A stretch of DNA of 35,273 nucleotides from an uncultured Myxococcaceae bacterium (GTDB taxonomy: Bacteria; Myxococcota_A; UBA9160): assembly GCA_964353695.1 (NCBI GenBank), contig CAYGXT010000001.1:1-35273 (forward strand), read 5' to 3'. The notes below the pieces were generated by a model. The model was not told the origin of the DNA and ran no database searches. It saw only the letters and a program-made list of their open reading frames with translations. The translations under genes were made by a program, and so were the position numbers. This document shows positions 9,668 to 17,711 of this stretch, one piece after another. Within the stretch, counting starts at the first letter, position 1; every line of letters starts with the position of its first letter.

Positions 9668-11287
9668 GTGGGAGCCTCTAGAACCGCGCTCTTGGTGACG
9701 GACAGCCGAAGCTCGTTCCGCGAGCTCGCCGAGGTTGCGCGCCTGCTGCAATCCTCCGGAACCTGGTCGTCGGCCATCTGCATCGTCTGCGACGGTGTCG
9801 CTCAGGAAGGCGAGATTTTGGCCTGTCGGTCCGAGGGGATTGCATGCGTCGATATGCTCGGCGACACGTACAAGCCTCACACATCGAACTTCGGATCGAT
9901 GCTTCGCCGAAGGTTCGCATCGATCGAGACTGCGCCCGAATCGCTGCTCACGTCGGCGGAAGCCGTCGAGCCGTTCTCGAGCCCTGCGCGCGCCCACGGG
10001 ATCCACTTGGATTCGGCTCGGACGCTGATGCGACGTGCCCCTCTCGCTCGCGTCCGGACGATCGTTGGGCGCGCCGTCGCGGACTTCCTCTTGTGCTGCG
10101 GGCAGGTCGTAGCCCGCGTCATCTCATCCTCGAGCCGAGACGCGATTCTCCGGCTGGTCGGAGCCCGAAACCTGGTCTTGCAGCTCCTGAAGCGCCGAGT
10201 TCAACTCGATTGGACGCGTTTGCTCATGCGTCGCTCGACGCCGGACCTCGTCATTCTCTGCGAGAGCAACGTCGAGGGTGTTAGCGCTCCCGTGGTCAAG
10301 GCCGCGCATGAAGCGGCGGCGGCGGTAGCAATCATCCCCAACACCATCGCCACGGCGGCCGAGCCAGCCGAGGCGTACTGGTCGAACCCGGATCATGCTC
10401 TCGACTCATGGTCCAACCGCCTCGTCGCGAGCCTGTATCCGAACTGGGTCCATGCACACAAGAAGCGAGCCTTGCTCCGGCTTCCCGCCGCGAGCGTCCT
10501 TGCGGTCGAATGGATGGGCCTGGCTCCGCCGCTCCCCTGGCAGATCAACAGCGGCGCAGCCGATGCAATTGTCGTCGAGAGCACGGCCATCAAGCGATAC
10601 TTCGGAAGAGCAGGCCTCCCGCCCACGAAGCTCCGTTTGACGGGCACCCTGAGCACCGACCGACTCGCGGAGGGCCTTGCGGAAGCGGAGAGTCGCCGCG
10701 CGAGACTCTGCGAGCAGCTCGACCTCGTTCCGGGCCTCCCCATCGTCCTGTCGGCCCTGCCCCCGAATCAGCTGGATATTCGAGCAGCCAACTGTGACTT
10801 TGCCTGTTACGAGGATCTCCTCCGGTTCTGGGTCGAGACCCTGGCGCAATCAGCGGGCTGGAATGTCGTACTGAATCTCCACCCGCGTTCGAGCGACGAG
10901 CCGGTTCGGCACTTGGAAGGGCCGCACGTGAGAATCGCACAAGAGCCCATCATCGGTCTGATCCCCCTTTGCGACCTGTTCGTCGCGAGCGTTTCCGCCA
11001 CCATCCGCTGGGCGATTGCGTGCGGCAAGCCGGTCCTCAACTTCGACGTGTACCGTTATGGATACGATGACTACGCGGGTCTGGATGGAGTCGTGACGCT
11101 GAACGATCAGCATGCGTTCGCGAGGGAGGCACGGCGAATGCTCGCGGAGCCGGACCATCTCGCGAATCTCGCTCGCCGGCAGGCCAGTGCGGCAGCGGAT
11201 TGGGGCCAGCTGGACGGCCGGTCCGGAGCTCGCCTGCTCCGGCTCTTCGACGAGCTGACGGCCGCGGAGAGAGCGGGCACGCAATGA
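9668..11287 (+). CDS. Uncharacterised GT-B-like protein, candidate nonulosonate transferase (paralog A)
   Basis: Long ORF with ATGA overlap to the next gene; C-terminal LHPR and CDLFVASVSATIRWAIACGKPVL; clear similarity to 17712-19094. Start GTG 9668 chosen by alignment with the paralog N-terminus (ORF track gives 9524). Confidence 0.7.
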   Translation: MGASRTALLVTDSRSSFRELAEVARLLQSSGTWSSAICIVCDGVAQEGEILACRSEGIACVDMLGDTYKPHTSNFGSMLRRRFASIETAPESLLTSAEAVEPFSSPARAHGIHLDSARTLMRRAPLARVRTIVGRAVADFLLCCGQVVARVISSSSRDAILRLVGARNLVLQLLKRRVQLDWTRLLMRRSTPDLVILCESNVEGVSAPVVKAAHEAAAAVAIIPNTIATAAEPAEAYWSNPDHALDSWSNRLVASLYPNWVHAHKKRALLRLPAASVLAVEWMGLAPPLPWQINSGAADAIVVESTAIKRYFGRAGLPPTKLRLTGTLSTDRLAEGLAEAESRRARLCEQLDLVPGLPIVLSALPPNQLDIRAANCDFACYEDLLRFWVETLAQSAGWNVVLNLHPRSSDEPVRHLEGPHVRIAQEPIIGLIPLCDLFVASVSATIRWAIACGKPVLNFDVYRYGYDDYAGLDGVVTLNDQHAFAREARRMLAEPDHLANLARRQASAAADWGQLDGRSGARLLRLFDELTAAERAGTQ

Positions 11288-12294
11288 AGGCTGCGATCAT
11301 CGGTGCAGGACGCATGGGCCTGCGACACGTGCAGGTCGTCCAGTCGCTCGGGCTCGAGCTGGTGGGGCTCTGCGACCGCCGGCCGGACGCGCTCCGGCAG
11401 GCGCAGGAGATCGGCGTGCAGCCGAGTCTCCACTTCCACGATCCAGGCGTCATGCTCCGGACTGCACGACCCGAGTGCGTGATCGTTGCCACGACCTGCC
11501 CCTCCCATGCCGAGCTCAGCTGCCTCGCCGTCGAGTGTGGGGCGTCTCATATCCTCTGCGAGAAGCCCATGGCCTCCTCGCTGGAGGAATGCGACCGGAT
11601 GCTGGAGGCCTGCCACGCAAGCGGGGTGAAGCTGGCCATCAACCATCAGATGCGCTTCATGGAGCAGTACACGCGAGCCAGGGAGATCATCCTTTCCGAC
11701 GCCTTTGGTGGCCTCGGCAGCGTAACCGTGGTCGCGGGGAACTTCGGCGTCGCAATGAACGGGACGCACTACTTCGAGATGTTCCGCTACCTCACCGACG
11801 AGCCTTCCGTAGAGGCAGTGGCCTGGTTCTCCCGCAACCGCGTGCCCAACCCAAGAGGGCCGGAGTTCGAGGATCGCGCTGGAGCCGTGCGGCTGGCTAC
11901 CGCCAGTGGCAGGCGCTTCTACATGGAAGTCAGCGACGACCAGGGGCACGGTGTCCGCGTCGTATACGCCGGGCGCAATGGCGTCCTCGTCGTCGACGAG
12001 TTGGCGGGCGTGATGACGTTGAGCTTGCGCGAGGAGAAGCACCGCACGGAGCCGACCACTCGCTACGGAATGCCCTGCGTCGACACCACGATCCGGATCG
12101 AGCCTGCGGATAGCGTGGCCCCCAGCCGCGCAGTGCTCGCGGCGCTGATTGGGGACGGCGACTGGCCCAGCGGCGAGGACGGCAGGCTCGCCGTCGCTGC
12201 GCTCGTCGCGGCCTACTGCTCGGACGAGGGCGGCCACCTGCCCGTGCGCATCGACGCGAGCCTGCCCCGCGGCCGGCGCTTCCCGTGGGCCTGA
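11284..12294 (+). CDS. Gfo/Idh/MocA-family oxidoreductase
   Basis: AAIIGAGRMG Rossmann motif, HILCEKPMA, INHQMRF, MNGTHYFE; ATG overlaps the upstream TGA. Confidence 0.88.
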   Translation: MKAAIIGAGRMGLRHVQVVQSLGLELVGLCDRRPDALRQAQEIGVQPSLHFHDPGVMLRTARPECVIVATTCPSHAELSCLAVECGASHILCEKPMASSLEECDRMLEACHASGVKLAINHQMRFMEQYTRAREIILSDAFGGLGSVTVVAGNFGVAMNGTHYFEMFRYLTDEPSVEAVAWFSRNRVPNPRGPEFEDRAGAVRLATASGRRFYMEVSDDQGHGVRVVYAGRNGVLVVDELAGVMTLSLREEKHRTEPTTRYGMPCVDTTIRIEPADSVAPSRAVLAALIGDGDWPSGEDGRLAVAALVAAYCSDEGGHLPVRIDASLPRGRRFPWA

Positions 12295-12390
12295 CCTCTG
12301 GTCTGCCTCACACAACGATAGGATGGTTGCGCTAGACCTTCATGGGCGAAGCACGAGCGGCCGTCTAAGGATGTGGGATAGGTTGTTCGA

Positions 12391-13461
12391 ATGAGTGCGC
12401 GTACGGCCCTTGCCGGCACCTTGGCGCCGGCCCTGCTTCGAACCACGTTCGTGTCGACCTTCGGGCTCACGGTGGTGATGCTTCTCATCGTCTGCTCGCT
12501 CGTAGGCCGCTTCTTGCCAGAGCCCTTCGCCTCGCTGTTTCCGCCGCACGGCATGATGCGGACGGAGATGATTTGGAGTCATGCCGTGACCGGCCCGGCC
12601 TGCGCCGTGCTCATTGGTGATAGCCGCATAGCCTTCAACGTCAACGGCGCTTCATTGTCCACGCCGTCTTGCGAGGTCCGCAACTACGGCTTCGCCGGGC
12701 TTGGACCCGAAGTCTTTCTGGCCTTCATCAGCGAGTTGTCGAATGCCGGCTACCGGCCGAAGCTCGCGGTCGTGACCTTCGGTGATACCCAATTTCTGGG
12801 AGTGTTTCATCCAAGAACTCCTGAAATTGTTCCACCCAAGACACCGAGATTGCCCGAACCTGATCTTCGCGCCCTGGTTGACGGTTTCATGAAGAACGAC
12901 TTGCTGTTCTGGCCGAAGGCGCGACACGTCCTGCTCAGCTACTTCAGGGTGACCAGGTATTTGGAGTCGTTGCTTGGCGTCAAACCCCTGCCATCCGGTT
13001 GGACCTGGGACGAGCGCAATGGGCGGTGGTCCTGGGACTCCGTCGAAGAGCGAAGGTTCGTAGATCTGCCTTCGCGCGACCGAGAAACGCATGCGATGGC
13101 ACTCAATTACTACGACGGCAAGTCGTACGCTCCAAATCTCCGGCAAGAGTTGGCGCAGACAGTCGGGCGCTTCCAAACCCTGGCCGACAGGATCGTTCTG
13201 CTGATCCCGCCGTCACTTCCATCCTTCGCAGAGGAGGGCGAGCGGACGGCTCCGGGCGTTCAGCAAGAATTTCGGGACGCTGTCGCTCGCACTGCTGCGG
13301 AGGCCGGCGTTCCTCTCATCGATTGCACCGACCCCAAAGTCTGCGGGATCGACGACGAGGGTTTCGCCGATCCCGTCCACCTCAATGCCGAGGGGGCCGC
13401 GCAGTTTACGCAAGGCCTGCGCAGCCGTCTCTCGCCTCTCCTTCCGAAAAGCGAGCCGTGA
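12391..13461 (+). CDS. Membrane-anchored SGNH-like protein, probable O-acyltransferase partner of the MBOAT
   Basis: N-terminal hydrophobic anchor, LIGDSR (GDS Ser), NYGFAG, C-terminal FADPVHLNAEGA (DxxH); directly upstream of an AlgI-type MBOAT. Confidence 0.7.
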   Translation: MSARTALAGTLAPALLRTTFVSTFGLTVVMLLIVCSLVGRFLPEPFASLFPPHGMMRTEMIWSHAVTGPACAVLIGDSRIAFNVNGASLSTPSCEVRNYGFAGLGPEVFLAFISELSNAGYRPKLAVVTFGDTQFLGVFHPRTPEIVPPKTPRLPEPDLRALVDGFMKNDLLFWPKARHVLLSYFRVTRYLESLLGVKPLPSGWTWDERNGRWSWDSVEERRFVDLPSRDRETHAMALNYYDGKSYAPNLRQELAQTVGRFQTLADRIVLLIPPSLPSFAEEGERTAPGVQQEFRDAVARTAAEAGVPLIDCTDPKVCGIDDEGFADPVHLNAEGAAQFTQGLRSRLSPLLPKSEP

Positions 13462-13539
13462 ACACGTGCCGATCTTGACCGTCAGTGAAAGTCGCGGGGT
13501 CGCTGTGGTCCAGCGCGCGTACTCGCCACCTCGGTCCTG

Positions 13540-15093
13540 ATGCTTTTCAACTCCTTCCCCTTTCTCCTCGTCTTCCTGCCGGCGGCGCTCATCCTGCATG
13601 CGCTGGTCGAGCAGTTCCGTCCCGCTTGGCGACTGCCGCTCCTCGTCGTCCTCTCCTTTCTCTTCTACGGCTATTGGGACTGGCGCTTGCTGCCGCTCCT
13701 CTTCTTTTCGATCCTCCTCAACTGGGCGATTGCCGAAGCCTTCCAGGCGACCGAACGCAAGATCCTGCTGTCGCTCGCTGTCGCGGGAAATCTCCTGGTG
13801 CTCGGCGTCTTCAAGTACTTCAACTTCTTCGCCGACCTTGCGTCGGTGGTCCCGGGCCTCGCTGCCCTGCCGCGGCTCGACATCGTGCTGCCGCTCGGCG
13901 TGTCGTTCTTTACCTTCCACCACATCATGTATCTCGTCGATCTGCGCGCCGGAGTCGCGCCGCGAATCGGCCTCGTCCGCTACGCGCTCTACATCGGCTT
14001 CTTCCCGCAAATCCTCTCGGGCCCGCTGGTACGCTGGAGCGAGGTGATCCACCAGTTCGGCGAGCGCCCCTATCAGCGCCCCGACGCCGCCGAGCGTTTC
14101 ACACACGGGATCATGCTACTGGTCATCGGCCTCTCAAAAAAAGTGTTCTTTGGCGATCCGCTCGCCGGGATCGTGAACCCGGTGTTCCAGGCCGCCGCCG
14201 ACGGCAAGCTGCCGACCGTCATCGAGGCCTGGCAGGCGACGCTCAGCTTCACCTTCCAGATCTACTTCGATTTCTCCGGCTATACGGACATGGCGCTCGG
14301 CATCGCACTCCTGTTCGGGATCGTGCTGCCACAGAATTTCGATGGTCCGTATCGCGCCGTGTCGCTGCAGGACTTCTGGCGACGCTGGCACATGACGCTG
14401 TCGCGCTTCCTGCGTGACTATCTCTACATCCCTCTCGGTGGCAGCCGGCATGGCCTCGCTGTGCAGATGTGGGCTCTCTTTGCCACCATGACACTCGGCG
14501 GCCTCTGGCATGGGGCGGGGCTCACCTTCATCGCCTGGGGTGTGGCGCATGGCGTCGGCCTGGCGCTCGGCGTCCTCTGGCGGAGGGCCGGCCTCCGCAT
14601 GCCGGCGGTCATCGGGTGGGCCACGACCTTCCTCTTCGTCGTGCTCGCCTGGGTCCTGTTCCGGGCAACGAACTTCAACTCGGCGCTCCTCGTCTATCAG
14701 AGCCTCTTCGGCTTCGCCCCGCTCGGCGCCAGCTTGCACTCCGCGGGGCACGTCTGGGCAGCCGCCATCGCCCTAGTCGTGCCGACACTGTCGCTAATTC
14801 TGTGGTGGAGGGCGGGCTTCCGCGTGTCGGCGCCTTTCGCCTGGGCCATCGCCGCCGTCTTCCTGGTGCTTCTCTATGCGAGCCTCGTCAGGTCGCCGCA
14901 CGAGATGGCGCTGAGATGGCGGCTGATTGCGGCGGCGGCCGCCTTCGCCACGCTCGGCCCGACGGCCTGGGCCCTTGTCCACCGCTTGCCGCTCTGGCGC
15001 CCGGTTGCAATTGCCTTCGCCACGGTGTTCGTCCTGGTGCTGTTCAAGATCGGCGACGCTGTGAATTACCAGTTCATCTACTTCCAGTTCTGA
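13540..15093 (+). CDS. MBOAT O-acyltransferase, AlgI/PatA type
   Basis: MLFNSFPF, FKYFNFF, LPLGVSFFTF, FFPQILSGP, FQIYFDFSGYTDMALG, FWRRWHMTLSRFLRDYLYIPLGG, GLWHGA (catalytic His), terminal FIYFQF. Confidence 0.93.
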   Translation: MLFNSFPFLLVFLPAALILHALVEQFRPAWRLPLLVVLSFLFYGYWDWRLLPLLFFSILLNWAIAEAFQATERKILLSLAVAGNLLVLGVFKYFNFFADLASVVPGLAALPRLDIVLPLGVSFFTFHHIMYLVDLRAGVAPRIGLVRYALYIGFFPQILSGPLVRWSEVIHQFGERPYQRPDAAERFTHGIMLLVIGLSKKVFFGDPLAGIVNPVFQAAADGKLPTVIEAWQATLSFTFQIYFDFSGYTDMALGIALLFGIVLPQNFDGPYRAVSLQDFWRRWHMTLSRFLRDYLYIPLGGSRHGLAVQMWALFATMTLGGLWHGAGLTFIAWGVAHGVGLALGVLWRRAGLRMPAVIGWATTFLFVVLAWVLFRATNFNSALLVYQSLFGFAPLGASLHSAGHVWAAAIALVVPTLSLILWWRAGFRVSAPFAWAIAAVFLVLLYASLVRSPHEMALRWRLIAAAAAFATLGPTAWALVHRLPLWRPVAIAFATVFVLVLFKIGDAVNYQFIYFQF

Positions 15094-15261
15094 TCGACCC
15101 ATCGATAGGGCAACCTCTCCTCGCTCGGTCTTTGCTGAAGGGACACGCTTGGCTCGCTCTCGCTTGTGGCTTGTTGTGCCCTGGCTCGTTATCGAGAGGC
15201 GTGATACAACCCACGAGGGTTTCTCTCTCGAGAGCGTGTCAACTCAGGAGGGAGGCAGGAC

Positions 15262-16545
15262 ATGTCCTATCGCGAAATCCAACGCTGCCGGGTTTGCGGC
15301 AATACCAGGCTGGAAACGATCCTGGATCTGGGAATCCAGGCCTTGACAGGAGTGTTTCCCCGGCCTGGAGAGGATGTGGAGTTCACTCCCGTGGTGCTGG
15401 TGAAGTGCCACGGAGAAGCCTCCTGCGGGTTGGTGCAGATCAAGCACAGCGTGTCGCTGGAAATGATGTACGGGGACAATTACGGCTACCGATCTGGCCT
15501 GAACCGCTCGATGATGGAGCACTTGCGCGGCCTGGCGGAGTATTGCTGCGGATTGACCCGGGTGTCGTCCGGGGACCTGGTCCTGGATATCGGCAGCAAT
15601 GACGGGACCTTGTTGCACTCCTACCTGGAAATCCAGTCCGGACGCCCGGACCTACTTCCGCCCGGCGTCGAATTCGTGGGCATGGATCCCACCATCCGGA
15701 AGTTCAAGGAGTATTACGACCCTCGCATCGTCGCCATCCCTGATTTCTTCGGCACGCCCCGGTTTCTGGAACGGTTTCCGGAGCCTGGGCGAAAGGCCCG
15801 GATCATCACCTCCATCGCCTGCTTCTATGACCTCGAGGATCCGGTGGCGTTCGCCAAGGATGTCGCTCGCATCCTCCACCCCGACGGCGTCTGGGTCTTC
15901 GAGCAAAGCTATTCGCTGCTCATGTTGGCCAAGAACATGTATGACACGGCCGTCCAGGAGCACTTGGAGTACTACTCCCTGGCGCAGATCAGCCGCATCC
16001 TTCGGGAAGCGGGGCTCTCGGTCCGCGAGGTGGAGTTGAACGATTGCAACGGGGGAAGCTTCCGGGTGGTGGCGGAGCATCGCCGCGAGCGCCCCCCGCA
16101 CCCGTCGGTCCGCCAGCTCGCGACCCTGGAGAAGATCCTGGGATTGGACGGCTTGGCCATTTATCGCAATTTCGAAAGCAGCGCGAAATTGCACAAGCAG
16201 CAATTCCGGACGCTGCTCCAGGACATCAAGGCGAAGGGGCAGACGGTTTACGGCTTGGGCGCGTCCACCAAGTTCAACGCGGTACTCCAATACTGCGAAA
16301 TTACGCCGGAGCTGCTCCCGAAAATCGGGGAGGTGAACGCGGATAAGTTCGGCCGCGTCACTCCCGGCAGCGGGATCCCCATCGTGCCGGAAAAAGAGGT
16401 GTTCGAAGATCATCCGGCCTATCTGGTGGTCGGCCCGTATCATTTCAGGGAGTTTCTGCTGCCGTTGCCTCACGTGAAGGGATATCTCGCGGAAGGCGGC
16501 CAGCTCATTTTCCCGCTGCCCTCCCTGGAGATTGTGACGGGATGA
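15262..16545 (+). CDS. NDP-hexose C-methyltransferase-like protein (Zn-binding N-terminus, class I SAM domain, C-terminal domain)
   Basis: CRVCG...C....CGLVQ, YGYRSGLN, VLDIGSNDGTLL, YDTAVQEHLEYYS, NGGSFR, YGLGASTK, KFGRVTPGSGIPI; strong RBS GGAGG. Confidence 0.85.
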   Translation: MSYREIQRCRVCGNTRLETILDLGIQALTGVFPRPGEDVEFTPVVLVKCHGEASCGLVQIKHSVSLEMMYGDNYGYRSGLNRSMMEHLRGLAEYCCGLTRVSSGDLVLDIGSNDGTLLHSYLEIQSGRPDLLPPGVEFVGMDPTIRKFKEYYDPRIVAIPDFFGTPRFLERFPEPGRKARIITSIACFYDLEDPVAFAKDVARILHPDGVWVFEQSYSLLMLAKNMYDTAVQEHLEYYSLAQISRILREAGLSVREVELNDCNGGSFRVVAEHRRERPPHPSVRQLATLEKILGLDGLAIYRNFESSAKLHKQQFRTLLQDIKAKGQTVYGLGASTKFNAVLQYCEITPELLPKIGEVNADKFGRVTPGSGIPIVPEKEVFEDHPAYLVVGPYHFREFLLPLPHVKGYLAEGGQLIFPLPSLEIVTG

Positions 16546-16651
16546 GGCCGGTTCTCTACTCCCGTCATCCTGATTCTCCCCAACGCATGACGGCGCTGAG
16601 GCTCGGCGTCGCGCCACCGCTCCCTGAAATTCAACTGTGCGTTAAAGAGAC

Positions 16652-17632
16652 ATGAGCCAAGAGACCCAGTCGATCTTTCGCGAGTACTTTTCCGAGCAGC
16701 CCTTCGCCGATCGCTTCGGAGCCGATCGAGCCGATGCGGTGGACGTCATCATCCCGATCATCCACACCAATGAACTCTGGCGGGCGAACCTCCATTCCCT
16801 GTATCGCGAGATTCCGATCAACCGCCTCCTGATCGGCGACGGCGGCTGCAAGAACGATTCACTCGACATCGTCAAGGAGTTCCCGCGTGTCGAGATCCTC
16901 GACCACAGGAGCTTTGTCTCTCTGGGCTACAGCCTGCGCAAGCTGATCGAAGCGGTACGCACCGAATGGTTCATCTACGTGCACTCGGACGTCTACCTTC
17001 CGCCCGGATGGTTCGATACCATGCGCGCCCATCAACCGAGCTACGACTGGTTTGGCTGCCCTCAGCGGCTTACTGTGATGGTCGAATATCCGCTGGTCGA
17101 TCCCATCCGGCCCTACGCGGGCAGCCAGATGGGACGTAAAGCCGCCTTCGAGGCGGGCATCTCGCGAATAGACGACGACTACGTCTATCGACAGGAGGAC
17201 TTCGTCCTCGCCGATATCGTCCGGAAGGCTGGCTACACGGAAGGCCGTATCGAAGACACGTTCCATTACCACCAACTTGTCCATCGGCCGAGCCCGTGGT
17301 CGAGGACAGTGAAGCGCGTAGTGCTCGAGGTCGAGGAGACGCCCGAAGAAGAGATTCGAGCCGCAATGACGCAGGCGCGAGGCATCATCAAGTACCTGGA
17401 TCCCGACCCGATGCTGGCAACCTGGGTGCGTATCAATGTCGACCGCCTCGTCGCTCTCGAGAAGACGACGTGGAAATCATTTCTCGAGTGGGTCGCGTCG
17501 ACCAATGCTGCATGGATACCGCAGCTTGATCTGGAAATCAGGACGAACCCACCCCGCGCACCGGTACTTACCAGGCTGATCGGCGCCATCCGAACGAAGT
17601 GGGCGGCGCTGCGCGGAGCGCCGGACGCGTAA
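16652..17632 (+). CDS. Glycosyltransferase family 2 (GT-A)
   Basis: VDVIIP, IGDGGCKNDSLDI, WFIYVHSDV, QED. Confidence 0.72.
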   Translation: MSQETQSIFREYFSEQPFADRFGADRADAVDVIIPIIHTNELWRANLHSLYREIPINRLLIGDGGCKNDSLDIVKEFPRVEILDHRSFVSLGYSLRKLIEAVRTEWFIYVHSDVYLPPGWFDTMRAHQPSYDWFGCPQRLTVMVEYPLVDPIRPYAGSQMGRKAAFEAGISRIDDDYVYRQEDFVLADIVRKAGYTEGRIEDTFHYHQLVHRPSPWSRTVKRVVLEVEETPEEEIRAAMTQARGIIKYLDPDPMLATWVRINVDRLVALEKTTWKSFLEWVASTNAAWIPQLDLEIRTNPPRAPVLTRLIGAIRTKWAALRGAPDA

Positions 17633-17655
17633 GGGCCGTATCGATGACGGCAGTG

Positions 17656-17673
17656 GCCGAGAACGATCTCGGC
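17656..17673. terminator. Short hairpin between convergent blocks 1 and 2
   Basis: GCCGAGA-ACGA-TCTCGGC perfect 7-bp stem in the 79-nt gap between convergent stops; no clear U-tract. Confidence 0.25.
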
Positions 17674-17711
17674 TTCGGCAACGCGCCTCGCGGGCTGGCT
17701 ACCCCTGCCGC

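Noticed and set aside
15142-15240. Integron attC site
   Set aside because: No RYYYAAC...GTTRRRY boundaries at the stem ends, no repeated copies and no integrase
15189-15260. SAM-I riboswitch suggested by TTATCGAGAG upstream of a methyltransferase
   Set aside because: The downstream SAM-I elements (GAGGGA..GGCCC, GCAACC, GTGC.AA, closing GAT.A) are not present in order
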